From positions 12,658 to 76,657 of the forward strand of contig CANPZG010000001.1 in assembly GCA_947588765.1 (NCBI GenBank): 64,000 nucleotides of DNA. Reading direction: 5' to 3'. The DNA comes from an uncultured Bacilli bacterium. Its GTDB lineage: Bacteria > Bacillota_I > Bacilli_A > RF39 > UBA660. Under the pieces are notes generated by a model that worked only from the letters and a program-made list of their open reading frames with translations, was not told where the DNA came from and did not search any database. Numbering within the stretch: position 1 is the first letter of the stretch; each line of letters begins with the position of its first letter. The position numbers were made by a program, and so were the translations under genes. This document shows, piece after piece, positions 19,298-29,750 of the stretch.

Positions 19298-21060
19298 TGA
19301 AAGATTTAAAACATTGTAATTTAAAAGACTTATATATTGATTTTTTTGTTAGACATAATCATAAACAAATTCCAAGTGCGCCATTAGTTCCTGAAAATGA
19401 TCCTTCTGTTTTATTTAATACAGCGGGAATGCAACCATTAATTCCTTATTTAATGGGCCAAGCTCATCCTTATGGTACAAGATTGTGTAATTATCAAAAA
19501 TGTTTAAGAACAACTGATTTAGATGAAATTGGCGATGCTACCCATCATACATTTTTTGAAATGTTAGGTAATTGGTCTTTAGGGGATTACTTTAAAGATG
19601 AATCCATTTCGTGGAGTTTTGAGTTTTTAACTAAAGATTTAGAAATACCGGTTGAAAGACTTGCTGTTACTGTTTTTAAAGGAAATGATTTAATACCTTT
19701 TGATGAAGTATCATTTAATAAATGGTTAAGTTTAGGTATTCCTAAAGAGAGAATTGCTAAAACCGAAAAAGATAATTTTTGGATTGCTGGTGAATCTGGA
19801 CCATGTGGACCCGATACCGAAATATTTTATTTTCGGAGTAATGAAGAAATTCCAGAAAAGTTTGATCCTGATGATGAACGGTGGGTAGAAATCTGGAATA
19901 ATGTATTTATGCAATATCATAAAGCTAGTGATGGTACAATTACCGAACTACCTAAGAAAAATGTTGACACAGGAATGGGTGTTGAAAGAACTACAGCTAT
20001 TTTAGAAGGAGTTAATGATAACTATCAATCAAGTATTTGGTTAGATGTTATAAAAGAAATCGAAGATATTACGAATTTACCTTATGAAGGTAATGAAAAA
20101 AGTATGCGTATTATTGCCGATCATTTAAGAACAGCGGTCTTTATTAGTGCTGATTATGCGGGCATAAAACCTAGTAATACTGACCAAGGTTATATTTTAA
20201 GAAGATTAATTCGAAGAGCAATTAGACATGCGAAAAAGTTAAATATTGATATAAATAGTAATTGGGAAGAAAGAATAGTTAAAATAATTATTAATAAATA
20301 TGCTGGTTATTATCAAGAACTAAAAGATAATGAAACAACTGTTTATGAAGTATTAAGAAATGAAAAAATCAAATTTAATCGTACCTTAGAAAAAGGTTTA
20401 AGAGAATTTGAAAAGGTTGTTAAAAATAATAACCAAATCGATGATGTTACAGCTTTCCATTTATATGATACTTTTGGTTTTCCAATTGAACTTACGATGG
20501 AACTCGCTGCAGAACGGAATATTTCTGTTGATGTTGAAGGATTTAAAAAAAGATTTAAAGAACATCAAGAATTATCAAGAACGGCTTCCGCGGGTAAATT
20601 TAAAGGTGGTCTAGCCGGTAATGGGGAAATTGAAACGAAATATCATACGGCAACCCATTTATTAAATGCGGCTTTAAAAGTAGTAGTTGCTAATACTGTT
20701 CATCAAAAGGGCAGTAATATTACTAGTGAAAGAATGCGTTTTGATTTTAGTTGTGACCATAAATTGAGTGAAGAAGAAATTAAAAAAACAGAAGATTTAG
20801 TTAATGAATGGATTAATGATGGATTAGATGTTACTGTTAAAGAAATGCCTAAAACAGAAGCTTTAAATAGTGGTGCGGAATGTATGTTTATTGAAAAATA
20901 TCCCGATATGGTAACTGTTTATAGTATTGGCGATATTTCGAAAGAACTATGTGGGGGACCTCATGTTAAAAATACAAAAGAATTAGGCCATTTCAAAATA
21001 ATTAAAGAAGAAAGTTCTTCCGCTGGTGTAAGAAGAATTAAAGCGGTATTGGAAAATTAA
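19297..21060 (+). CDS. alaS: alanine--tRNA ligase, compact form without C-Ala domain
   Basis: Class II AlaRS catalytic core (FNTAGMQP, WIAGESGPCGPDTEIF, DTGMGVER), tRNA-recognition region, then a short editing-type domain with HTATHLL...CGGPH zinc motifs. Ends at 587 aa. Confidence 0.7.
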   Translation: MKDLKHCNLKDLYIDFFVRHNHKQIPSAPLVPENDPSVLFNTAGMQPLIPYLMGQAHPYGTRLCNYQKCLRTTDLDEIGDATHHTFFEMLGNWSLGDYFKDESISWSFEFLTKDLEIPVERLAVTVFKGNDLIPFDEVSFNKWLSLGIPKERIAKTEKDNFWIAGESGPCGPDTEIFYFRSNEEIPEKFDPDDERWVEIWNNVFMQYHKASDGTITELPKKNVDTGMGVERTTAILEGVNDNYQSSIWLDVIKEIEDITNLPYEGNEKSMRIIADHLRTAVFISADYAGIKPSNTDQGYILRRLIRRAIRHAKKLNIDINSNWEERIVKIIINKYAGYYQELKDNETTVYEVLRNEKIKFNRTLEKGLREFEKVVKNNNQIDDVTAFHLYDTFGFPIELTMELAAERNISVDVEGFKKRFKEHQELSRTASAGKFKGGLAGNGEIETKYHTATHLLNAALKVVVANTVHQKGSNITSERMRFDFSCDHKLSEEEIKKTEDLVNEWINDGLDVTVKEMPKTEALNSGAECMFIEKYPDMVTVYSIGDISKELCGGPHVKNTKELGHFKIIKEESSSAGVRRIKAVLEN

Positions 21061-21062
21061 AG

Positions 21063-21542
21063 ATGAAAGATATTAATTTTGTTGAAAAAGATGAAGTTTT
21101 TAACTATCGGGTTGGTGCTATAATTCGCAAGGAAAACAAAATTCTAGTTCAAAAATCAGATAAAGTAGCTCATGCTACCATGCTCGGCGGTAGGGTATCA
21201 TTTAATGAAGATTCGAAAGAAGCTATACTTAGAGAAATTAAAGAAGAAACTGGTTATGATGCGATAATAAAAAAAGAAATATGTTTTATTGAAAATTTCT
21301 TTACTTCTAGTTATAATCATAAACGCTATCACGAAATCTTAATTGTTTATGAATTAGCTTTTTTAGATGAATTACCATATACTTTAGAACAAATACCGGC
21401 GAAGGAAGAAAAGAATAAATACCTAGAATATAATTGGATTGATATTGATGAATTAAAACAACAAGCATTTCATCCGTTTATTGTTTTAGATATACTAGAT
21501 TCTGATAGAATCAAACATATAATTTTTAAGGATAATACATAA
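21063..21542 (+). CDS. NUDIX hydrolase
   Basis: Nudix box GGRVSFNEDSKEAILREIKEETGY. Confidence 0.65.
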   Translation: MKDINFVEKDEVFNYRVGAIIRKENKILVQKSDKVAHATMLGGRVSFNEDSKEAILREIKEETGYDAIIKKEICFIENFFTSSYNHKRYHEILIVYELAFLDELPYTLEQIPAKEEKNKYLEYNWIDIDELKQQAFHPFIVLDILDSDRIKHIIFKDNT

Positions 21543-21674
21543 AAATATTATTCTTTTTTAATGCTTTAATAAAATTTTTTAAAAAAAATTAACAATTTTT
21601 ACACAGTTCGACAAATTTTTCACTTTTGATGTGCTATAGTGATTATGTTTCTTGGGATCGGGGGTGATAGAAAC

Positions 21675-22544
21675 ATGATAACAGAAACAGCATTTGTTCC
21701 TACAAGTTTAAAAAATGATATGTTATTTAAAGAAGTATTAGCTCATCCACATAATAAAGATAAGTTAATATATTTTTTATCTTGCTTTATGGATTATAAT
21801 GAAGAATACTTAAAGAAAAGTAATTTAAAAGTTACTTATGAAAGACAGTTACCTAAAGCTAATGTTAAAAATAAAACTTTTCGAGGAGATATAATAGTAG
21901 AATTTGATAATATCACTATCAATCTAGAATGTTATTCAAGGTTTGTTGATGAATACTTAAAGAAATCTCTAGCCTATATTATGCGATTATATTCAACAAA
22001 CCTAGATAGGGGATAAAGTTATGAAAAACTAAAAACCGTATTAGGGATAAATTTTATAGATAATGTAAGAAGTAGTAAATTATCAAAAGAAATGTATAAT
22101 AACGTATCATTAGTATTAAACTATAAAAATGAGCTATATAATAGTATAAAATTAGAGATATATCGACTTGACATAGCAAAAGAGACACCATATAATAAAA
22201 GTGACAAAAAATTAAGATGGTTGAAGTTTATAGGAGCCGATAATTATGAAGAAAGGAAGATTATAGCAAAGGGGGATAAGAAACTTATGGAATTAAACGA
22301 ATGGACACAAGGATATATAACAGATGCCAATACAAGAAAGTTTTTTGCAGATTGGGATAGGAAAATAACATATGGTATAGGCTTAGAAGATGGTGAAATA
22401 AAAGGTAAAAAATTAGGCCAATTAGAAAGTACAAATTCTATAGCCAAAGAAATGATAAAGAAAAGCTATTCTACTAAAGAAATTCAAGAAATAACCAAAT
22501 TGTCAACACAAGAAATAAAAGAACTCAAAGAAGAAATGAAATAA
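21675..22544 (+). pseudogene. Rpn/YhgA-like PD-(D/E)XK nuclease with a single in-frame TAA
   Basis: The N-terminal part (FRGDIIVEFDNITINLECYS) and C-terminal part (KLRWLKF...EIQEITKLSTQEIKEL) are in the same frame. Only one stop (TAA 22014-22016) separates them. Confidence 0.5.
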
Positions 22545-22621
22545 AACATCATTTCTTTTTTCTTGTTATAATTCTTGAAAAAACTAAAAAAAATAGTACA
22601 ATAGTAATAGGAGTTGAGAAA

Positions 22622-23344
22622 ATGTTTTATCCTTTGCTATTTACATTCTTAATTGGTGTTTTTTTTCTTTTAGGAATGATTATATTTAAATATAGTAATC
22701 ATAAGAAAAATTTAACTATATTAGCTACGGCATGTGCTTTTATAGTTATTTTAGGTTTAATTTGTTTTGATTTAATTCCCGAAGTAATGGAATATCATAG
22801 TTGGTATAGTTTAATATTTATAATAATTGGTATATTTATCTTAAAAATAATAGATATATTTATTCCTCATCATAATCATAAACATCATGATAATGATGAA
22901 GCAACAATGTCTCATAAAAGACACTTAAATCATATTGGTACAATTACCATAATTGCTTTAATATTACATAATTTTATTGAAGGTATTGGTTTATATAGTA
23001 TAGCTCAAAATAATTTAAAAAATGGTCTAATGTTAGTTTTAGGTATTGGCTTTCATAATTTACCTTTAGGCATTGAAATAGGTAGTTTGAATCAAGATAA
23101 ACCCAATATTTGGTTAAATATCTTATTAGTTTTATCGTCATTCTTGGGTGGCTTAACCTCATTAATGGTCGGAAATCTACCGGATATTATGACTAATATT
23201 ATTATATCTTTAACGATAGGAATGATTTTACATATTTTAATTTTTGAATTATTAGGTGAATTAGTTAATAATAGAGAAAAAAAAGAATCAATTTATGGTA
23301 TAATTATAGGGATAGTTATATTAATAGTTATTAATTGTTTGTAG
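22622..23344 (+). CDS. ZIP-family zinc/metal transporter
   Basis: Multiple TM helices, His-rich loop HHNHKHHDNDE, and the LHNFIEGIGL / HNLPLGIEIG motifs. Confidence 0.75.
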   Translation: MFYPLLFTFLIGVFFLLGMIIFKYSNHKKNLTILATACAFIVILGLICFDLIPEVMEYHSWYSLIFIIIGIFILKIIDIFIPHHNHKHHDNDEATMSHKRHLNHIGTITIIALILHNFIEGIGLYSIAQNNLKNGLMLVLGIGFHNLPLGIEIGSLNQDKPNIWLNILLVLSSFLGGLTSLMVGNLPDIMTNIIISLTIGMILHILIFELLGELVNNREKKESIYGIIIGIVILIVINCL

Positions 23345-23355
23345 AGGTAAAGATT

Positions 23356-24270
23356 ATGAAAAAAGTATTAGTAACAGGAGCGGCAGGTACTATTGGCTTA
23401 CAAGTAATAAAATTTTTATTAAGTGAAGGTAAATATGAAATAGCAGCTTTAGATTTAAAAAATAATAAAACAGTTCAAGTATTAAAAAAATATAAAAAAA
23501 GAATTAATGTTATTTATGGTGATGTAGTTGATCGCATCTTAATTGAGGCATTAGTTAAAGATTTTGATATTATTATTCATTTAGCGGGCGTTCCTATGCC
23601 TTTAGCTGATATCAAAAAAGATTTAGCGAATGAAATAGATTATAAGGCTTGTGAAAATATTGTTAGAGCTATTGATTATTACAACCCGAAATGTCATTTG
23701 TTTTATGCTTCATCTATGATGGTATACAAAGATAAAGACAAAGTAACCGTTAAAAGCGCTATTCATTTAGATGATTATGATTATTATGCGAAAATGAAGA
23801 AAAACTGCGAAGATTTAATTAAAGAAAAATTAAAGAATTATACCATTTATCGTTTCCCTATGGTTTTAAGTAGTGTAAAAGAATCTTTAGTTTTAAATGG
23901 CAAACTCAAAGAAAACATTAATTGGATTACGAAAGAAGATGCGGCTTATAGTTTTGTTAAAGGAATTAATTATTTAGATAAATTAAATAAAAAGACTTTT
24001 AATTGTCTTGGAGGAGAAGCTATAAGTTATGATGAGTTATTAAATCATATTTTAGAAGATTATGGCTTATCTTGGAAATATGTTTTTGAAAGATTATTCA
24101 TGGATAAATATTCTTATGATTGGAATTGTCTTGATGGTAATGATTTAGATGAGTTAATTCATTATCAAATATCCACGATTGATGATTATTATCGTAATTT
24201 GAAAAAATGGGGAAGAAAAAGAAAATTACCAAAATTCTTAGGTAAACTTGTGCGAGGTCATAAATTATGA
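23356..24270 (+). CDS. NAD-dependent epimerase/dehydratase (extended SDR)
   Basis: Rossmann VLVTGAAGTIGLQVIKFLL. Confidence 0.65.
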   Translation: MKKVLVTGAAGTIGLQVIKFLLSEGKYEIAALDLKNNKTVQVLKKYKKRINVIYGDVVDRILIEALVKDFDIIIHLAGVPMPLADIKKDLANEIDYKACENIVRAIDYYNPKCHLFYASSMMVYKDKDKVTVKSAIHLDDYDYYAKMKKNCEDLIKEKLKNYTIYRFPMVLSSVKESLVLNGKLKENINWITKEDAAYSFVKGINYLDKLNKKTFNCLGGEAISYDELLNHILEDYGLSWKYVFERLFMDKYSYDWNCLDGNDLDELIHYQISTIDDYYRNLKKWGRKRKLPKFLGKLVRGHKL

Positions 24271-25295
24271 TAGGGCTAGCATTATCCGGTGGTAGTGTTA
24301 AAGGTGCTTATGAAGTTGGTGTTTATAAAGCATTCGTCAAATGTCATATTAAATTTGATGGTTTTGTTGGAACCAGCATAGGTTCTTTTAATGCGGCAAT
24401 GTTGGCTGCGGGTAAAGGACGGGAATTAATTAAATTTTGGCGTAATGTTAATGTGGCCGAATTACTAAATTTAGATGAAAAATTTTTAAAAGCCTTAAAT
24501 GATAAACATCTTAAAGATGCTGTTATAGGTATCAAACAAATCATAACGGATAAAGGGATAAATACGATTGGTCTAAAAGAAATATTAGAAAAATTTAATA
24601 TTGAAGAAAGTATTCGTAATTCAATTAAAGATTTTGGTTTAGTAACTGTTAGAATTAAACCATTAAAAGCTATGCGCATGTTTAAAGAAGATATCCCTAA
24701 AGGAAAGTTAAATGAATATATTTTAGGTAGTTGTTACTTACCAATTTTTAAACCGGAAAAAATAATTGATAAGAAGTATTATGCGGATGGTGGATTTATT
24801 GATAATCTACCTGTTAATATGTTACTTGATAAAAACTATGAAAAAGTTTATGCTGTTGACTTAGGAGCCATCGGCATAAAACAAAAAATAAAAGATAAAT
24901 CGAAAGTTGTAATCATCAAGCCATCTCATGATATTGGGGGCCAATTTGTTACCGACAAAGAAAAGATTAATCATAATATTGATATGGGGTATTTTGATAC
25001 TTTAAAATTATTAAAAAATTTAGATGGTAAAAAATATATCTTTAAAAAAGAAAAAGATAAAACTTATGAAAGAATGATTAAAAATATTTCATCACGAAGA
25101 ATTGCGGAAATAAAACATTTCTTTCATACCCAAGATATTAAAAAATGTATTATTTTAGCAACAGAATATTTTATGTTGAAAGATTCTTATGAATATAATA
25201 AAATATATAGTATTAAAAAAGTTATAAAAACATTAAGAAAAACTAAAAGAAAACCAAATGGAATATATTGGTTTATTAGAGACTTAAAAATATAG
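24267..25295 (+). CDS. patatin-like phospholipase
   Basis: GLALSGGSVKG and GTSIGS (GxSxG) motifs. Confidence 0.75.
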   Translation: MIGLALSGGSVKGAYEVGVYKAFVKCHIKFDGFVGTSIGSFNAAMLAAGKGRELIKFWRNVNVAELLNLDEKFLKALNDKHLKDAVIGIKQIITDKGINTIGLKEILEKFNIEESIRNSIKDFGLVTVRIKPLKAMRMFKEDIPKGKLNEYILGSCYLPIFKPEKIIDKKYYADGGFIDNLPVNMLLDKNYEKVYAVDLGAIGIKQKIKDKSKVVIIKPSHDIGGQFVTDKEKINHNIDMGYFDTLKLLKNLDGKKYIFKKEKDKTYERMIKNISSRRIAEIKHFFHTQDIKKCIILATEYFMLKDSYEYNKIYSIKKVIKTLRKTKRKPNGIYWFIRDLKI

Positions 25296-25304
25296 GAGGA
25301 CAAT

Positions 25305-26021
25305 ATGGGAAGAGCATATGAAGTAAGAAAATATAGTATTCAAAAAACAGGAGCGGCAAAGGGAAAAATATACACAACTTATGCGAAAGAAATTTATCTT
25401 GCAGCTAAAAAAGGATTACCTGATCCAGATGCTAATGTTGTTTTAAAAAGAATAATAGATAAAGCTAAGAAAAATCAAGTACCTAGTGATATTATCAACC
25501 GAGCTATTGATAAAGCTAAAGGTGTTGGAGGAGAAGACTATCATGAAGTTATTTATGAAGGTTTTGGTCCAGGAGCATCCACTTTTATTATCAAATGTCT
25601 AACGGATAATGTTAACAGAACTGTTGGTATGGTTAGAGCGGCTTTTAATAAAGTTAATAAAAGTCTTGGAGTAACTAATAGTGTGCAATATAACTATGAC
25701 CATCTTGGCGTTATTTCTTTTAAATATGATAATGAAGAAGAAATATTTAATGCTTTACTTGAAAGTGGTATTGAACCAGTTGATTTTGAAAGTGAAAATG
25801 GTGAGATAATTATTACCGTTAATCCAACTGATGTCAATCCATTAAAAGATTTAATTGAAAAATTAATTCCTAATGTTGAATTTATTTTAGATGAAGTAGG
25901 GATGTACTCTAAAGACAAAGTTACTTTAACTGGTGAAGATAAAGAAATCTATGACCGTTTATATAAATTATTAGATGAAATTGAAGATGTTTCTGAAATT
26001 TATACTAATGTTGAGGAGTAA
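25305..26021 (+). CDS. YebC/PmpR-family transcriptional regulator
   Basis: YEGFGPGASTFIIKCLTDNVNRTV and collinear YebC-family similarity; 238 aa. Confidence 0.85.
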   Translation: MGRAYEVRKYSIQKTGAAKGKIYTTYAKEIYLAAKKGLPDPDANVVLKRIIDKAKKNQVPSDIINRAIDKAKGVGGEDYHEVIYEGFGPGASTFIIKCLTDNVNRTVGMVRAAFNKVNKSLGVTNSVQYNYDHLGVISFKYDNEEEIFNALLESGIEPVDFESENGEIIITVNPTDVNPLKDLIEKLIPNVEFILDEVGMYSKDKVTLTGEDKEIYDRLYKLLDEIEDVSEIYTNVEE

Positions 26022-26024
26022 AAA

Positions 26025-26561
26025 ATGACTATACGCAAAAAATATGAACCTAAAATTCAACAAATAAATGCTAAGTTAGTAGAAAATAATGAAAAATTAC
26101 AAACATTAGATGAAGAATTTAATGTTGTAAAAGAAGATGTTAATAATTTAAAATATAAAAAAAGTATTTTAATAAATCCAAATGAATTTAAATTTAATTT
26201 AAGACAAAAAATTAGAAATAAAAAAACAAATATTTTCGCCAAAATTAGTGCTTGGCTCAATTATTTTAAAGAATTACCTGAAATTAATAAAATAATAAAG
26301 TGCGAAAATATCTATGAAGTAATCCAAGATTTAGCCAGTAAAGAAATTTATCAAGATAGTATTAAACAAGAAATATTTGATTTAGAAAAATCTAACTATG
26401 ATTTAAAATATGCTCTAGAAGTATATGAACGAACTAGTGCTTATTTTGACCAAAAAGAAAAGGGAGAAACTAAATTATATACTGATAGAGATAATTATTT
26501 TAAACCAAATAAAGGTTACAAAAGAGTGTTAGTAAAACGCAGAATGGAAATGGGAAGGTAA
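26025..26561 (+). CDS. hypothetical coiled-coil protein
   Basis: ORF with RBS; no motif recognised. Confidence 0.35.
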   Translation: MTIRKKYEPKIQQINAKLVENNEKLQTLDEEFNVVKEDVNNLKYKKSILINPNEFKFNLRQKIRNKKTNIFAKISAWLNYFKELPEINKIIKCENIYEVIQDLASKEIYQDSIKQEIFDLEKSNYDLKYALEVYERTSAYFDQKEKGETKLYTDRDNYFKPNKGYKRVLVKRRMEMGR

Positions 26562-26567
26562 TTAATA

Positions 26568-27218
26568 ATGGATGGTTATGAATTATTAGAAGTTATAAAG
26601 AAAAATAAAAGTTTATTAGAAGAACGAGAAAGAGAATTATTAAATAAGCAAAATAATTTACTTAATATTAAGCATGTTAAAGATTATGATACCTTAATTA
26701 ATTCTTTATCTAAAGATTTTGATGTTTTAGCCCATACGGAAAGAATTAAAGAAATAGTTAAAAGTTCTTTAGTTAAAAAAACTAATCGCATTAGTCTAAA
26801 TTTTCGTTTAAATAGTTTAGCATTTTTTCTTTTGATGGGAGTAATGAATATTGTTAATCCCATGGGTGATTTTGCCGTTATTTTCACAGTTTTAGGCGTC
26901 CTTTTATTAGCGGGTGAAGCCTTAATAAGTAACCATCTTTTATATAGAAAAGAATATAGAAATATGCAAGAAGTTTTAGCTAGTAAAGATATTGATGAAG
27001 TAGCTAGAGATTTAGAAAAAGCTAGAAACGAAAAGCAAAAACTAGATGCTTCTATTAAATCCAATGAAGAAAATCTAGCTAAAACTAAAGACAATATTAT
27101 AATGCTTGAAGGTACCTATAATATGGTCTTAAAAATTTTAGAAGAAATACCCCATGAAGAATTAACTAAAGAATCTTTAAAAGGGGAACAAGCTCGGAAG
27201 AGAATGCTTCATAATTAA
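26568..27218 (+). CDS. hypothetical membrane protein
   Basis: Two central TM helices flanked by coiled-coil segments. Confidence 0.35.
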   Translation: MDGYELLEVIKKNKSLLEERERELLNKQNNLLNIKHVKDYDTLINSLSKDFDVLAHTERIKEIVKSSLVKKTNRISLNFRLNSLAFFLLMGVMNIVNPMGDFAVIFTVLGVLLLAGEALISNHLLYRKEYRNMQEVLASKDIDEVARDLEKARNEKQKLDASIKSNEENLAKTKDNIIMLEGTYNMVLKILEEIPHEELTKESLKGEQARKRMLHN

Positions 27219-27229
27219 GGATAAATAAA

Positions 27230-27715
27230 ATGAATGAAAAATGGCAAAAAATATATGAAAGTAATAAGAAGTTAGATGATATTTTTGAGCATAAATATGT
27301 AGGAACAGAAAATTACTACGAAAAGAATTGTCTAGGTTTTCTTGTTGAACTTGGCGAATTTGTAAATGAAAGTAAAGTTTTTAAATATTGGACGATAAAA
27401 GAAGCAAATAAAGAAAAATTACTTGATGAATATGCTGATACCATAACTATGACTTTACTTTTTTATCGTTTATTAAATTTAGAACTTGAAAAACCAATTT
27501 CACATTTAGATACGACAAATGTTTACGAAATAATTAACTTTTTATTTTTAAAAGGCACCGAATTAATGTATAATTTAAATGAAGAGTTAGTAAAAGAAAT
27601 ATTTAGTAATTTATTATACTTAGGTAATTTACTAAATTTAAAAGAAGATGAGGTAATTGCAGCTATAAATAAAAAACATATTATAGTTAAAGAAAGATTA
27701 GATAGTGATTATTAA
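27230..27715 (+). CDS. all-alpha NTP pyrophosphatase, dimeric dUTPase-like (tentative)
   Basis: LGFLVELGEFVNESKVFKYW...LLDEYADTITMTLLFY resembles dimeric dUTPase (dUTPase_2) motifs. Confidence 0.4.
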   Translation: MNEKWQKIYESNKKLDDIFEHKYVGTENYYEKNCLGFLVELGEFVNESKVFKYWTIKEANKEKLLDEYADTITMTLLFYRLLNLELEKPISHLDTTNVYEIINFLFLKGTELMYNLNEELVKEIFSNLLYLGNLLNLKEDEVIAAINKKHIIVKERLDSDY

Positions 27716-27726
27716 GGAGTGAGATT

Positions 27727-28953
27727 ATGACAGTTTATGAAGATTTAAAATGGCGAGGATTAATTCAAGATATTTCCAGTGATGATTTAATTGAAAAATT
27801 AGATAAGGGCGGATTAACTTTTTATATTGGTACTGATCCAACTGCTGATTCCATGCATATTGGTCATTATTCCTCATTTTTAATATCTAAAAGATTAGCG
27901 AAAGCAGGCCATCATCCTATTTTACTCGTTGGGGGTGCTACGGGTTTAATCGGGGATCCTAAACCAACTAGTGAAAGACCAATGATTAGCAAAGAAGAAG
28001 TCTTAAAAAATTTTGAAGGATTAAAAAATCAAGCCGAAAAGATATTTGGTTTTGAAGTTGTTAATAACTATGATTGGACTAAAGATATAAATGTCTTAGA
28101 TTTCTTAAGAGATTATGGTAAATATTTTAATATAAATTATATGTTAGCTAAAGACAAAGTAAAATCTCGTTTAGAAAGTGGGATAACTTATGCTGAATTT
28201 TCTTATATGATTTTACAAGCTTTAGATTTCCTTCATTTATATGAAACTCGTAATTGTACTTTACAAGTTGCTGGTTCCGACCAATGGGGAAATATTACTT
28301 CCGGCATAGAATTAATTCGCAAAAAGTTAGATAAAGAAGCTTATGGTATGGTAATGCCACTTGTCACTGATTCTAATGGCGTAAAGTTTGGTAAAACGGA
28401 AGGTAATGCTTTATGGTTAGATATTAATAAAACATCTTCTTATGAATTATATCAATATTTAATTAATCTTGAAGATAGTATGATTATTGATTATTTAAAG
28501 AAATTAACTTTTCTATCAAAGGAAGAAATTGAAGAATATGAACTAAAAAACACAAGTCATCCAGAATTAAGAGAAGCTCATAAGCGTCTAGCCGAAGAAA
28601 TTATCACGGATATTCATGGTAAGGAAGAATTTTTTAAAGCCAAAAAAATAAGCGAATCATTATTCAGTGATAAAATATGGGAATTAAGTAGTGATGATAT
28701 AATCTCTAGTTTAAAAGATTTACCGACATTTACTTTAGAAAATGATATTAACATATTAGATTTATTAGTTAATAACAATATTTGTAGTAGTAAAAGAGAA
28801 GCTAGGGAAATGGTTACAGGTAATGCTATTAGTATTAATAATACTAAAATAACTGATATTGAAAAAGTAATTACCAAAGATTTAGCCATTGATAATAAAG
28901 TTTTATTAATTAAAAGAGGAAAGAAAAATTATTATTTAGGAATATTTAGTTAG
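27727..28953 (+). CDS. tyrS: tyrosine--tRNA ligase
   Basis: HIGH (SMHIGHY), KFGKT (KMSKS-type) and a C-terminal S4 domain. Confidence 0.93.
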   Translation: MTVYEDLKWRGLIQDISSDDLIEKLDKGGLTFYIGTDPTADSMHIGHYSSFLISKRLAKAGHHPILLVGGATGLIGDPKPTSERPMISKEEVLKNFEGLKNQAEKIFGFEVVNNYDWTKDINVLDFLRDYGKYFNINYMLAKDKVKSRLESGITYAEFSYMILQALDFLHLYETRNCTLQVAGSDQWGNITSGIELIRKKLDKEAYGMVMPLVTDSNGVKFGKTEGNALWLDINKTSSYELYQYLINLEDSMIIDYLKKLTFLSKEEIEEYELKNTSHPELREAHKRLAEEIITDIHGKEEFFKAKKISESLFSDKIWELSSDDIISSLKDLPTFTLENDINILDLLVNNNICSSKREAREMVTGNAISINNTKITDIEKVITKDLAIDNKVLLIKRGKKNYYLGIFS

Positions 28954-28967
28954 GAAGTGTAGTAGTA

Positions 28968-29456
28968 ATGTTTAAAGATTTTGATTTATCATTGTTTTGT
29001 ATTTTAAATAGCGATAAGGAAATTAGAGAAGAATTAATAGCTAATTTAGAACATATAGAACCCGAAGTTTATGAAAAAATAAATGAAATACTTATGGTAA
29101 ATCAAAGTGGACATTATGTTATTGAAAATCCTTCCTTAAAAGAAATATATGATTTATATTTACGAGAAGATAATTTAACTATCTATCAAGAATTATATAA
29201 TATAGAGCATAAAAGTTATGATTTAATCTGGTCTTTAAGTTTAAATAAAATTGATAATAATAAATCTTTAAGATATGTAGGAACTTATTATAAATATGAA
29301 AGTTACCCAGGTAAGACTTATGAATTAGATTTTTCTCCTTTAGGGGATGCTCTTTTAGCTAATGGAAAGCTTCTTTCTATAGTTAATATAGTTGATTTTC
29401 CTAATATTACGAAAGAAACTTTAAGCTTAACTAGAACATATAAAAAACATATATAG
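28968..29456 (+). CDS. hypothetical protein
   Basis: ORF with RBS; no motif. Confidence 0.35.
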   Translation: MFKDFDLSLFCILNSDKEIREELIANLEHIEPEVYEKINEILMVNQSGHYVIENPSLKEIYDLYLREDNLTIYQELYNIEHKSYDLIWSLSLNKIDNNKSLRYVGTYYKYESYPGKTYELDFSPLGDALLANGKLLSIVNIVDFPNITKETLSLTRTYKKHI

Positions 29457-29525
29457 CCCTAATGGGCTTTTGTTTTTGGCTGAAAATGGAATATGTCATA
29501 AGATATGGTGAAAGGAGAAATATTT

Positions 29526-29750
29526 ATGTATAATCGTCGCTATATGTATCCTAATAACTATAATGAAAGACAATTTATTGTGCCATTTTTACTTGGGGGA
29601 CTTGCTGGTGGAGCTGCTGTAGGACTTACCCGTCCTCGTCCAATTTATAATGTGGCGCCAAATACACCATATCAACCACCATACTATGGAGGAGCACCAT
29701 TTTATAATAATTCTTATAGTTATTATGTTCCTTATCCTTATTACCGATAA
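29526..29750 (+). CDS. small Tyr/Pro-rich protein (possible spore-coat-like)
   Basis: RBS AAAGGAGA. Central hydrophobic segment; C-terminus PYQPPYYGGAPFYNNSYSYYVPYPYYR. Confidence 0.35.
   Translation: MYNRRYMYPNNYNERQFIVPFLLGGLAGGAAVGLTRPRPIYNVAPNTPYQPPYYGGAPFYNNSYSYYVPYPYYR

Noticed and set aside
27716-27726. T-box leaders upstream of tyrS, glyQS and alaS
   Set aside because: The intergenic gaps are 11 nt (tyrS), ~77 nt including a terminator (glyQS) and 0 nt (alaS). These are far too short for a T-box riboswitch.
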